Below, piece after piece: positions 1 to 9,057 of a DNA stretch of 45,460 nucleotides. Position 1 is the stretch's first letter; each line of letters begins with the position of its first letter. The notes under the pieces were generated by a model. The model was not told the origin of the DNA. It searched no databases and saw nothing but the letters and a program-made list of their open reading frames with translations. The translations under genes were made by a program, and so were the position numbers. Where the stretch lies: positions 18,555-64,014 of the forward strand of contig CAYOKT010000004.1 of the NCBI GenBank assembly GCA_964404605.1, in the 5' to 3' direction. The stretch is from an uncultured bacterium. GTDB lineage: Bacteria; Electryoneota; Electryoneia; Electryoneales; Electryoneaceae.

Positions 1-12
1 ATCGCTCCCGGA

Positions 13-1053
13 CTACCGGCTGTCCGTTCTCGGGGTGCCGCTGGGGCGGATCAACTCCTCCGGGTCGGTCCGCGGCAGCAGCGTGGTGTCCTGCGGCTCG
101 GGGGGCGGCGCCTTGCGCACACCGCGCCTCAGCCGGCGGATGCCTTCCGGGCCGAGGGTCACGGTGACCACGCGGCCCTTTTCGCCCAGCTCGCCGAGGT
201 CGAGACCGTTCAGCTTCAGCCTCATCCCCCCGGCGTTGCCGAGGACGACGACAAACAGCGAGTCGGCCTCGTAGCTCCGGCTCATCCCCGGGATGAGGAC
301 GACATCGGCCACCGGCGTCTCCCCGCCGTCGGCGTTGATCCGGATGTAACAGGTGTCGATGCTCTCGGCCACGAGGTGCAGCCGCGCGGTGGAAGCCGGG
401 GCACCCGGCGCCACGGGGGCGCCCGCTTCGCCGGGCCCGGCCTGCACGCCCTCCACGCCGCCCGCCGCCGCTCCGGCTTCCTCGACCATCTGTTCATGCT
501 CCTGCACCACCTGGTCGAAGGGGATCTCCTCGGTCTTCTTGGTTCCTTTCGGCCAGAACAGCAGCAGAAGCACCACGAGCACGACCGCTCCCGCGCCCGC
601 CAGCCAGTACTCCGGCCGGCCCGGCAGTTTGCGGGAAAGGGCGGAGACCGATTCCCCGTCAAGGGTGAATGTCAACCCGGACCGGCCGCCCTTCCCGGCT
701 CGTGTCGGAAACCGCTTCGAGGCCCTCCCCGGTTTCACGGTATACCCCCGTTCCCGCTCCTCCCCCGCCGGCTGGACGGGGATGGGGGTCGGGGGAACTC
801 CCACGATGTTGTCGAACTGTTCGAGCACCTCGCCGACATTCATCCCGACGATGGTCGCATAGGTGCGGAGGAATGCCCGGATGTAGGCGATCGGGAGGAA
901 ATCCCACTCGCCGTCCTCGAGATGCTGGAGGTAGACCAGGGAGATCTTGCTCCTCTCCGCGACCCGGCTCAACTCCAGGTTGCGGAACTCCCGCGCCGCC
1001 TTCAGCTCGTCGCAGAACTTCTTTTTCGGGTCTTCAAAGGTGAGATCGTTCAT
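13..1053 (-). CDS. rodZ: RodZ-like cytoskeleton protein (N-terminal HTH, TM segment, C-terminal DUF4115)
   Basis: N-terminal LKAAREFRNLEL..KISLVYLQHLEDGEWDFLP..YIRAFLRTYA (HTH_25), one TM helix, C-terminal VVLGNAGGMRLKLNG (DUF4115); start overlaps the maf stop (ATGA). Confidence 0.88.
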   Translation of the reverse strand: MNDLTFEDPKKKFCDELKAAREFRNLELSRVAERSKISLVYLQHLEDGEWDFLPIAYIRAFLRTYATIVGMNVGEVLEQFDNIVGVPPTPIPVQPAGEERERGYTVKPGRASKRFPTRAGKGGRSGLTFTLDGESVSALSRKLPGRPEYWLAGAGAVVLVVLLLLFWPKGTKKTEEIPFDQVVQEHEQMVEEAGAAAGGVEGVQAGPGEAGAPVAPGAPASTARLHLVAESIDTCYIRINADGGETPVADVVLIPGMSRSYEADSLFVVVLGNAGGMRLKLNGLDLGELGEKGRVVTVTLGPEGIRRLRRGVRKAPPPEPQDTTLLPRTDPEELIRPSGTPRTDSR

Positions 1054-1649
1054 GCCGTTTCACCTCCGCCCAGCCACCGGTTCACGCGGTCGAGGACTCG
1101 CGCCAGCGGCAGACCGACGATGGTAAAGTAACACCCCTCCACGCGATCCACGAAACCGCCCGCCGCGCCCTGGATCCCGTAGCCCCCGGCCTTGTCCAAC
1201 GGCTCTCCGCTCTCGACATACCGGGCGATCTCCGCCTCTGTCAACTCGCGGAAATGCACCCGGCTGCTCTCATGAAAGGTATCGTGCAGCTCCCGCTCCA
1301 CCCAGTGCAGGCTGACGGCGGTGATCACCCGGTGCCAGCGGCCGGAGAGGGTGCGCAACATCCCGGCCGCCGCCCCACGGCCGGCCGGTTTGCCGAGGAT
1401 ACGGTCGTCCACGACGACGACGGTGTCCGCCGCGAGGAGCAGCCCCTCCTCCACCCCCGGCAGCGCGGCCTCCGCCTTCCGGCGGGCGTTCTCGAGGGCG
1501 ATCTCCTCCGCACCGGCGCCATCATCCGCCTCCTCGATCCGTACCGGGAGGATGAAGGGTTGCAGCCCCACCGCCTCGAGCAGCGCCTTGCGCCGCGGGG
1601 AGGTGGAAGCCAGGGTCCAGGGGAGATCGGCCCAGGTCAACGGAGCCAC
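1050..1649 (-). CDS. maf: Maf/YhdE-family nucleoside triphosphate pyrophosphatase
   Basis: ASTSPRR, ADTVV..ILGKP, DKAGGYGIQG and GLPL motifs. Start trimmed from the ORF-track 2012 to GTG 1649 (TTG 1640 is an alternative), overlapping the upstream UbiA stop. Confidence 0.92.
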   Translation of the reverse strand: MAPLTWADLPWTLASTSPRRKALLEAVGLQPFILPVRIEEADDGAGAEEIALENARRKAEAALPGVEEGLLLAADTVVVVDDRILGKPAGRGAAAGMLRTLSGRWHRVITAVSLHWVERELHDTFHESSRVHFRELTEAEIARYVESGEPLDKAGGYGIQGAAGGFVDRVEGCYFTIVGLPLARVLDRVNRWLGGGETA

Positions 1650-2518
1650 GCCCCGAGGCCGACGGCCAGCATCCCCGGCACCATGATCCACTTCAACCCC
1701 CGCTGCAATCGTCCCGGATTCACCCTGCCGGGCCAGGCCAGCGCCCCGCCCGCCCAGTACGCCAGCGGCAGTCCGACAAGGGGCAGTGAAACAGCAAGAT
1801 ACGGCCATCCGGCCCATCCGGTGAAATAGGGAACCGGGAGCCCCATGGCGGTCAGGATCATCACCAGCGCCGCGGCGCGCAGGGTCCAGCCGGGTCCGGC
1901 CGATGCGGCGAGTGTCCGCCGGCCGGCGGCCCGGTCGCCGGCAACATCCTCCACGTCCTTGATCCACTCGCGCGCGAGGTGGATCGGCCCCGCGAGCAGC
2001 GCCGGGGTCCACCCCGCCTGCAGGTTCCCCGCGGCGAGCGCTCCGAAGAGGAAGCTCGCCGCCGCGCAGACCGCCACGGCGAGGTTTCCCGGGGCGCCCA
2101 ACCCCTTCAGGAACAGGGCGTAGGCCGCGAGCAGCAGCGCGGCACCGGCGGCGAAGGCGGCCAGGGCGAGCCCCCCGGCGAGCGAGAGTGCGACCCCGAG
2201 GAGCATGAGAACAACGCCCGTTCCGCGCGCCCAGGCCTCCGGCAGCAACCCGGAGGGGACGGGCCTGCCGGGCCGGTTCACCGCGTCCTCGGTCCTGTCC
2301 TCGGCGTCGTTGAGCGCATAGGCTCCGGCCGCAATGAGCACCGCCGCGAGGGCGGCGAGCAGGGGCGGCCCCGGTTCGCGCGACCCGCCCTCGAGCATCG
2401 CCAGGGCGGCCCCGAGGAGCACCGCGAGGGCGGTCAGAAGCAGGTTGCCCGGCCGCAGCAGGCGGACATACACCGGCAGGGAGGCGACTCCCGGGCTGCG
2501 TTCCATCGTACCTGTCAC
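1637..2518 (-). CDS. UbiA-family prenyltransferase, digeranylgeranylglyceryl-phosphate (DGGGP) synthase-like
   Basis: LLRPGN at the N-terminus, first Asp-rich motif NDAEDRTEDAVNRPGRPVPSG, second motif REWIKDVEDVAGD..GRRTL, many TM helices. Confidence 0.85.
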   Translation of the reverse strand: MTGTMERSPGVASLPVYVRLLRPGNLLLTALAVLLGAALAMLEGGSREPGPPLLAALAAVLIAAGAYALNDAEDRTEDAVNRPGRPVPSGLLPEAWARGTGVVLMLLGVALSLAGGLALAAFAAGAALLLAAYALFLKGLGAPGNLAVAVCAAASFLFGALAAGNLQAGWTPALLAGPIHLAREWIKDVEDVAGDRAAGRRTLAASAGPGWTLRAAALVMILTAMGLPVPYFTGWAGWPYLAVSLPLVGLPLAYWAGGALAWPGRVNPGRLQRGLKWIMVPGMLAVGLGAWLR

Positions 2519-3636
2519 CGGCGCACCTTCAGGAGGATTCGCCCCTCTTCGACCTGCTCCACGACCAGCAGGACCGACCGGAGGGGGAGCCCGTCCAGCC
2601 GCCCGGCGAGATCCGCCTCGGTTCCCGTGAAGGAGACGCTCAACTGCATCGGTTCCCCGCCCAGGGATCCCATCTCCACTTTTCGCACGCCTTCGAGGCT
2701 CTTCACACGCCGTGCCAGCAACAACTTCTGGCGAAGGGCAAGCCCCTGGACCTCGAGCAGGATTCTCCTGCTCCCCCGGTGGAGCGGCACCAACTCGCTG
2801 ATGATGTCCGCGAGGAACGCCTCGGCGAGCGGACCGGACATGGGAAGGATCGCCTCGGCGGCGGCGGCGCTGTCCGCGCCCGGCTCCGTCTGGAGGCGAT
2901 AGGCGGCGAGCAGGCGGCCCTCGTCCACATCGTGCAGGCGGGCGAGCAGCACCGCCTCGACCACCTCATCGTTCTCCTCGAGTTCGAGGGCGTCTCCACC
3001 TGCTCCGGCGACCTCGACGACGATCAGCCCCTCCATGCCCGGCAGCCGGGAGGTGAGGTCCGGGGGCGAGTCCAGCTCGGCGGTGAGGTACGCCAGGGAA
3101 TCCGTGCTCAACCCCGGCGGCAGCACCTCCGCTCCCGCGACCGGCACTCCCCGGCGGCTCAATTCGCCGCGAAACCGCCCGGAGAACTCACTCCTCAGGG
3201 AATCCAGCTCCTCCCCGGCGACGATGGCCAGGCAACGGGGCAGCCGAACCGCCGCGAGCAGGCGGGAGCGGATCTCCGGCACGCCCAGGAGAGCGCCGAG
3301 CACCCCGCGCCGGGTGTCGCCCAGCCGCAGATGGTACCCGCCCCCGGGGAGCTGTTCCTCGGAGAGCGTCGTGAAGTGGCGGTCTCCCTGGAGGAGATCA
3401 TCGGGAAAGGGCAGGCTCGCGAGGGAATCGGCGGCCGCCTCACTCATCACGGCGCGCAACGCCACGCGGGCGAGATCGTGCAGCGCGGCGCGATACGCCT
3501 CCCGGCGGCCGGCGGCTTCGCCCGTTCCCTCCAGGTCCGAGGGGGGTTGGGCATGGATCGGAAAGGAGGTCAGAACGAGGCCGATCACGAACAGACAGGC
3601 GGCCCTCACCAGGATTCCCCTGCTCATCGTACTCAC
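2515..3636 (-). CDS. Exported hypothetical protein
   Basis: Signal peptide (ILVRAACLFVIGLVLTSFPIHA-Q), typical GC codon usage, stop overlaps the UbiA start; first gene of the leftward operon. Confidence 0.7.
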   Translation of the reverse strand: MSTMSRGILVRAACLFVIGLVLTSFPIHAQPPSDLEGTGEAAGRREAYRAALHDLARVALRAVMSEAAADSLASLPFPDDLLQGDRHFTTLSEEQLPGGGYHLRLGDTRRGVLGALLGVPEIRSRLLAAVRLPRCLAIVAGEELDSLRSEFSGRFRGELSRRGVPVAGAEVLPPGLSTDSLAYLTAELDSPPDLTSRLPGMEGLIVVEVAGAGGDALELEENDEVVEAVLLARLHDVDEGRLLAAYRLQTEPGADSAAAAEAILPMSGPLAEAFLADIISELVPLHRGSRRILLEVQGLALRQKLLLARRVKSLEGVRKVEMGSLGGEPMQLSVSFTGTEADLAGRLDGLPLRSVLLVVEQVEEGRILLKVRR

Positions 3637-3718
3637 TGCGACCCTCCCGGTCCTGCCGGTGCGGCCACCCCCCTCCCTCTCGAAGTATATTGGAAGGTGA
3701 GGCGGCGAGGCACCCTCC

Positions 3719-3746
3719 TTGCGATTGACTGATTGAGTACTAAATT
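3719..3746 (+). promoter_or_regulatory. Putative sigma70-type promoter of the pgs operon
   Basis: TTGCGA (3719-3724), 16 nt, TAAATT (3741-3746) in an AT-rich patch of the divergent intergenic region; the short palindrome ACTAA-A-TTAGT overlaps the -10 box. Confidence 0.4.
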
Positions 3747-3799
3747 AGTGACTTGCCGCGCAGGATGGCTGCATCTACCTGGCCCGGGACAAGCGCGTT

Positions 3800-4978
3800 A
3801 TGCTGGTCATTGTCGTGCTCACTGTGATGCTGCTTGGTTACGGCGTCTATGAATTCGCCGCGCACCGCCAGCGAGTCAAGCAGATCCCCACACGAATCCA
3901 TGTCAACGGGACCCGTGGAAAGAGTTCCGTCACCCGCCTGATCGCCGCCGGTCTCCGCGCCGGCGGCATCCAAACCTTCGCCAAGGTGACCGGTACGATG
4001 CCCCGGATGATCGATGATGAGGGGCTGGAAATCCCCGTCATCCGCCTGCACCCGGTCAACATCATCGAGCAGATCAAGGTGTTCCGCTTTTTCGCCCGGC
4101 GCAAGCCGGAGGCGGTGGTTATCGAATGTATGGCCGTGCTCCCGGAATACCAGTGGATCTGCGAGCACCAGTTCGTCCGCTCCACGGTGGGCGTGCTGAC
4201 GAACGCCCGGCCGGACCACGTGCGCGAAATGGGACCTTCGCTCGAGAATATCGCAAATTCGCTGGCGAACACCATCCCCGCGGGAGGGATTACCTTCACC
4301 TCGGAAACCCGCCCGGAGCTGCTCGACATCTTCCGCCGCCGGGCGGAGGAGAACGGCAGCGAGTTCCACGTCGTCCGGCACAACGAGATTGGTCTCGAGG
4401 AACTGCGCCGGTTCAATTATATTGAGCATCCGGCCAACGTGGCTCTCGCGTTGAGGGTTTGCGAACACCTTGGCGTCGAGCGGGAGACGGCGCTGGGCGG
4501 GATGCACAACAGCTTCCCGGATCCCGGCGCGCTGAAGGTGTACCGTGTCGTGCACGAGAGCGGGCGGAGGATCCTGTTCCTGAACGCGCTCGCGGCGAAC
4601 GATCCCGAGTCCACCCTGCAGGCGTGGGAACGCGCCTGGGCCCTGTACCCGGACACGGGGCGGACCATCGTGCTCTTGAACACCCGGGGGGATCGGTTTG
4701 ATCGCAGCGTTCAGCTTCTCGAGATGGCCGCCCTGCACATGCACTTCGATCTCATCATCTCCATGGGCGAGAGCACCGAGATGCTCAGCCCGCATTTCCG
4801 CCGTGTCGGTATTCCCGGACACAAGGTACACCGCATCGGCACGGTGACGGCGGAGGAGGCCTGGGAAACCATCTGGAACGCGGTCGAGGACGAGGCACTG
4901 GTATTCGCGATGGGTAACGCCGGGCACGGCGGATTGGCCGTGGCCGAGCTGTTCCGGCAGCGGAGGGACACGGCATGA
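3800..4978 (+). CDS. pgsB: Poly-gamma-glutamate synthase PgsB/CapB
   Basis: N-terminal TM anchor, IPTRIHVNGTRGKSSVTRLIAAGL, AKVTGT, NIIEQ, ECMAV, NARPDH..MGP, AANDPEST: characteristic CapB motifs. Confidence 0.96.
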   Translation: MLVIVVLTVMLLGYGVYEFAAHRQRVKQIPTRIHVNGTRGKSSVTRLIAAGLRAGGIQTFAKVTGTMPRMIDDEGLEIPVIRLHPVNIIEQIKVFRFFARRKPEAVVIECMAVLPEYQWICEHQFVRSTVGVLTNARPDHVREMGPSLENIANSLANTIPAGGITFTSETRPELLDIFRRRAEENGSEFHVVRHNEIGLEELRRFNYIEHPANVALALRVCEHLGVERETALGGMHNSFPDPGALKVYRVVHESGRRILFLNALAANDPESTLQAWERAWALYPDTGRTIVLLNTRGDRFDRSVQLLEMAALHMHFDLIISMGESTEMLSPHFRRVGIPGHKVHRIGTVTAEEAWETIWNAVEDEALVFAMGNAGHGGLAVAELFRQRRDTA

Positions 4979-5427
4979 TTGAGGTCGCGGTCGGGCTGGG
5001 GGTGGCCTTCAGCCTGATCTTCAGCGAAATCTTCGGTGTAGCCGCGGGCGGCATCGTGGTTCCGGGGTATGTCGCCCTGCAGTTGAACAACCCCTATGCC
5101 CTCCTGGGCACCTTCATCGTCAGCCTGATCACGTTCGGCTCGGTGCGGATGCTGTCGCTCGTCATCTTCATCTACGGGCGGCGGCGGCTGGTGCTCTCGA
5201 TCATGCTCGGGTTCATCTTCGGCTATCTTTTCCGTCACTATGTCGCTACGGAGATCTACCTTTTCGCCGACATCCGCCTCGAGGCGATCGGGTACATCAT
5301 CCCCGGCCTGATCGCCAACTGGATGGAACGCCAGGGCATGTTGCGAACCATCGCCGCGGTGACCATCGCCTCGGTGGTGGTCCGCCTCGCGGTGATGATC
5401 ATCATGGGAGGGCGGATCGTTGCCTAG
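4975..5427 (+). CDS. pgsC: Poly-gamma-glutamate biosynthesis membrane protein PgsC/CapC
   Basis: 150-aa hydrophobic protein with AGGIVVPGYVAL, IYGRRR and IGYIIPGLIANWMERQG motifs; ATGA overlap with pgsB. Confidence 0.96.
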   Translation: MIEVAVGLGVAFSLIFSEIFGVAAGGIVVPGYVALQLNNPYALLGTFIVSLITFGSVRMLSLVIFIYGRRRLVLSIMLGFIFGYLFRHYVATEIYLFADIRLEAIGYIIPGLIANWMERQGMLRTIAAVTIASVVVRLAVMIIMGGRIVA

Positions 5428-6547
5428 GAAATTCCGCCCTTCGATGCGGTCTCACCGCACCCTCGCAATCCTCACCATCGTGGCGGTTCTCAGCTACCTG
5501 TGGGCGAACAACGCCCGTGTGCAGATCACCGCGCCGCATTTCGAGGAGAAGCTGGCCGCGGCGCGCTGGATGAAGGCCGCGCTGGATACGCTGCGCGCCG
5601 CCCAGTACGCCCGCGGGGTCTTCCCCGACAAGATCAACGATCCGAACCTGACGGCGCTGATCGGGGAACGATATACCCTGATCACCACGGACACCGGCGA
5701 CCTGGACGCCAAGGCCACGGCGCTGAACCCGAACATGGCCGCGGTGATGGTGGAATATCTCCTCGAGGCGGGACTCAAGAAGGGGGACGTTATCGCGGTG
5801 GGGATGACCGGTTCGCTGCCGGGGATGAACCTCGCCCTCCTGGCCGCCTGCGAGACCCTCGGCATCATCCCGCTGGTGATCACCTCGGTCGGTTCCTCCT
5901 CCTGGGGAGCGAACGACCCGAACTTCACCTGGATCGACATGGAATCGCGGCTGGAGAGCGCCGGGTTGCTGCACAACCGTTCCTTCGCCGCCTCCATCGG
6001 CGGGGGCGAGGACGTGGGGCGGCGGCTCTCCCCCGCCGGACGGGAGCTTATCCGCATAGATATCCGGCGAAACGGACTGGAGCTTATCGAGGAGAACACC
6101 CTCGAGGAGAGTGTCGCCCGGCGCATGGCCCTGTTCGAGGAGAAGGCCGCCGGGCGGCCGATCAAGCTGTATGTCAACATCGGCGGAGGGCTGGCCTCCA
6201 TCGGACACTCGCGGAACACCCTGCTCATCCCGACGGGGTTGAACACCCAGCTCCCGGTCCTGAACTATCCGCGCCGCGGAGTGATCCACCGGTTCGCCGA
6301 CCGGGGAGTGCCGGTGCTCCAGGTCTCGAACATCGTAAAAATCGCCGCCGCCTTCGACCTCCCGCGCACACCGAACCCGCTCCCCGAACCCGGCGTGGGA
6401 TCCCTGTTCCGCGAGGTCCGTTACAACCTTCTCGTGGCTACCTTGGCGCTTGCCATCGTCGTGCTGACCCTCGTGGCGGTTCTCTACTTCGACCGCCGCG
6501 CACAACGCTTGGACCGGCCGGGTGTTGACCCGGACACTCTTATCTGA
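5420..6547 (+). CDS. pgsW: Poly-gamma-glutamate system protein PgsW
   Basis: DPNLTALIG..TLITTDTGDLDAK, GMTGSLPGMNLA, SVGSSSWGANDP, SIGGGED, YVNIGG; N- and C-terminal TM helices; directly follows pgsC. Confidence 0.9.
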   Translation: MPRKFRPSMRSHRTLAILTIVAVLSYLWANNARVQITAPHFEEKLAAARWMKAALDTLRAAQYARGVFPDKINDPNLTALIGERYTLITTDTGDLDAKATALNPNMAAVMVEYLLEAGLKKGDVIAVGMTGSLPGMNLALLAACETLGIIPLVITSVGSSSWGANDPNFTWIDMESRLESAGLLHNRSFAASIGGGEDVGRRLSPAGRELIRIDIRRNGLELIEENTLEESVARRMALFEEKAAGRPIKLYVNIGGGLASIGHSRNTLLIPTGLNTQLPVLNYPRRGVIHRFADRGVPVLQVSNIVKIAAAFDLPRTPNPLPEPGVGSLFREVRYNLLVATLALAIVVLTLVAVLYFDRRAQRLDRPGVDPDTLI

Positions 6548-6561
6548 GTAAGGTTTACCCG

Positions 6562-7494
6562 ATGTCTATGAATCCCCGCACGATTGCAGCCCGTTTAACG
6601 CTGGTCCTGTTGCTCCTTCCGCTCGCAGCGCCGCCCGCCGGCGCCGCACGGTGGAAAACCCTCCGCCCGGACGGCGGAAAGAAAACGACCCTCCTGGTCA
6701 AGGAAAAACCCTGGAACTACTGGCGGCTGAAGCCCGGCGAGGAGATGAATTTCACCGTGGACGTGCCCGGCCGGTACAGGGTGATCACCCGCGCGGAACT
6801 CGGCACCCGGATGAAAAAGGAGGCCACCTACACCTTTCGCATCGGAATCGATGACCCCGAGGGTATCCTCTACAGCAGGGCCACGATTCCCGCGAAAACC
6901 GTCCAGCGGAAGGGGAAGGCGAAACTGAAGATCGGCGCGAGACGCACCGTGGAGCTGGAGGTGCCCTCCGGCGCGGAGACGATCACCATTCGTCTCGGGC
7001 GGAAAGCACGGTACCCGGTGTACTTCCGCGTGCAGCGGGAGAACGACATCGCCGCCGGGCGGGTGAACTACGTGGCCATCACCCCGGAGAGTTACCTGGA
7101 CGCCCTGGGCGTTTTCGTGCATGAAGAGGGGGTCACCTATTACTTTATCGACAAGGAGGGCAGCCTGTCCCTGCACGTCAACGGTCCGACGACGCTCAAG
7201 GTGCTGGCCCGCATCCTGATGGACGATACGATGCGCGGACGGATCAAGCTGTCGGTGGCGGTGCACGAGGACGGCGTCCTCAAGAACACCTATGCACTCA
7301 GTACGTCACCGAGCCAGATCGCCGAGGTGCCGGAACGCGCGAATTTGCGCCCCTCGCGCGGTGAATCGTTCTATGTCGAAGTCCCGAAGGGGCGTCACCG
7401 CTACTCCTTCACCCTGCCGGAGAACAACCGGGAGGTGTTCCTCCGCTTCTTCCTCCCCGAGCAGGATCTCGCACGGGAGGCGAAGAGCGAGTGA
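6562..7494 (+). CDS. Exported hypothetical protein made of two homologous beta-rich domains
   Basis: Signal peptide (LTLVLLLLPLAAPPAGA), internal duplication of about 140 aa, 14 nt after pgsW. Confidence 0.8.
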   Translation: MSMNPRTIAARLTLVLLLLPLAAPPAGAARWKTLRPDGGKKTTLLVKEKPWNYWRLKPGEEMNFTVDVPGRYRVITRAELGTRMKKEATYTFRIGIDDPEGILYSRATIPAKTVQRKGKAKLKIGARRTVELEVPSGAETITIRLGRKARYPVYFRVQRENDIAAGRVNYVAITPESYLDALGVFVHEEGVTYYFIDKEGSLSLHVNGPTTLKVLARILMDDTMRGRIKLSVAVHEDGVLKNTYALSTSPSQIAEVPERANLRPSRGESFYVEVPKGRHRYSFTLPENNREVFLRFFLPEQDLAREAKSE

Positions 7495-8702
7495 GCGGGA
7501 AGCCGCCCTCCCGGGATTCAAGCGCGCCCGCACGGAGAGCCCGCAGGGGCACGGCGCGCCGCGCCCCCGCAACACATTCTCACGCGCCCGCGCCGCATCG
7601 CCCGCGCAGCCCATTCCCGTTGCTCGGGCTGTCCGGCCTGCTCCTTGCGCTGCTCACCCTGGCGGCCGGCGCCGCCCAGGCCCGGCCGTGGGACTGGCGC
7701 CGCGACACCGGCGTCCAGTTGCGCTGGCGGATCGGCTACGACAGCAACCTGTTCGACTACTCCGCGAGCGACATCGACCGCTTCCTCGACGGCCGTCTCC
7801 CGCTGGAAACCTCCCTCGCCACCTACGACGACCTGGTGCAGGAGTGGGCGGTCCGCCTGCGGTTCGTCAGCCCCGGCATCCACAACAGGTACAAGACCCG
7901 GTTGTACTACATCGCCGGCTACCGTTCCCACTGGAAGAACCGTTTCGACGACCGGGCCTCCCATTCCCTGCTCCTCCTGCAGCGGACGGTGCGGAAGGTG
8001 GACCTCATCGGCAGTTATTTCTGGATCCCCGACCGCTACCTGCGTGACTACTACGACCGCGATACCGGGCGCGTCTCCGCGACGAAGTTCAGCTATCACT
8101 ACGGCACCGCCGGGCTGAGGGTGCAACTGACACGCTCCCTGCGGGCGGAGATGCGGTATGAAGGCTATGCGGTGTATTACAACCCGCTGTTCACCGAGTA
8201 CGATACGAAGGGCCGCGGGCTGCGCGGGGAGCTCCGCTGGAGGACATCGGACGCCTTGAGCATCACGGTGGAACTCCGCCGCCGCTGGGCGGACAACACC
8301 GGCTACGAGGAATCGACCGGCCTCGCCGCGAGCGACTCGACCCTCGATGCGGAGTACGGGGACGGCAGCTACGGGGAGAGCTGGCTGCAGGTGGGAATCG
8401 ACTGGATGCCGGACCGGCTCGTGGCCGGCCGCGAGTGGAACCTCGGCGCATCCCTTCGGCTGCGCCACCGCTACTACACCAGCGCCCTGCCCCTCTCCGA
8501 GGACCCCTTCCACCGGGGGCGCGAACACCTCCAGCACCTCCTTAAGCTCTCCCTCCAAACCCAGGTATTTCCAGGGATTGACGCCGTCCTCGAGGTCGAG
8601 ATCGAAGGCCGGCGGACCGATTCACCCCTCGACCGCGTAATCGAGGTGAAGGACTACGACACCCGCCGCCTCTGGCTCCGCTTCAGCTACGATCTCTGGT
8701 AG
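7491..8702 (+). CDS. Putative outer-membrane beta-barrel protein
   Basis: Signal peptide ending AAQA, GYDSN motif near the mature N-terminus, alternating aromatic beta-strand pattern, C-terminal LWLRFSYDLW; GTGA overlap with the previous gene. Confidence 0.75.
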   Translation: MSGKPPSRDSSAPARRARRGTARRAPATHSHAPAPHRPRSPFPLLGLSGLLLALLTLAAGAAQARPWDWRRDTGVQLRWRIGYDSNLFDYSASDIDRFLDGRLPLETSLATYDDLVQEWAVRLRFVSPGIHNRYKTRLYYIAGYRSHWKNRFDDRASHSLLLLQRTVRKVDLIGSYFWIPDRYLRDYYDRDTGRVSATKFSYHYGTAGLRVQLTRSLRAEMRYEGYAVYYNPLFTEYDTKGRGLRGELRWRTSDALSITVELRRRWADNTGYEESTGLAASDSTLDAEYGDGSYGESWLQVGIDWMPDRLVAGREWNLGASLRLRHRYYTSALPLSEDPFHRGREHLQHLLKLSLQTQVFPGIDAVLEVEIEGRRTDSPLDRVIEVKDYDTRRLWLRFSYDLW

Positions 8703-8778
8703 GCGGAGCGGGCGCTCGTCCCCTCGCCCGCCGCGCGAAGACTTTTACAGAACCTCTCAGGAAACCTGGCGGGGGTGG

Positions 8779-8829
8779 CCCGGGACTTTTCGCCGCGGCG
8801 TAGCCTTGGCGAAGCCGGGCAGTCCCGGG
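8779..8829. repeat. REP-like nested palindrome
   Basis: Outer inverted repeat CCCGGGACT (8779-8787) / AGTCCCGGG (8821-8829) enclosing CGGC-GTA-GCC-TT-GGC-GAA-GCCG. Confidence 0.55.
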
Positions 8830-8837
8830 TCTCATCT

Positions 8838-9034
8838 CGCATACCCATTCCGATGACACTTCATGGCGGCGGGCCCTCCGGTCCCTGTTCTCCCGAAATA
8901 TTCCTGCGCCTGAACAAGCATGAACCCCTCTGCGCTCCCCGGTCTGATGCGCTATATTCCCTCCGCCGTGCTCACCAAACAGGCGCGAGGACTCGTCTTG
9001 AGCCGCATGCCCCTCCCGATGACACTTCATGGCG
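8838..9034 (+). repeat. 31-nt imperfect direct repeat, two copies
   Basis: cgcatacccattccgatgacacttcatggcg (8838-8868) and cgcatgcccctcccgatgacacttcatggcg (9004-9034); the last 19 nt are identical. Confidence 0.85.
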
Positions 9035-9057
9035 ATTCGCGGGAAGCCTCTCCCCGT

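Noticed and set aside
1650-2012. N-terminal extension of the Maf ORF
   Set aside because: Overlaps the UbiA gene in another frame; Maf similarity starts at about 1640
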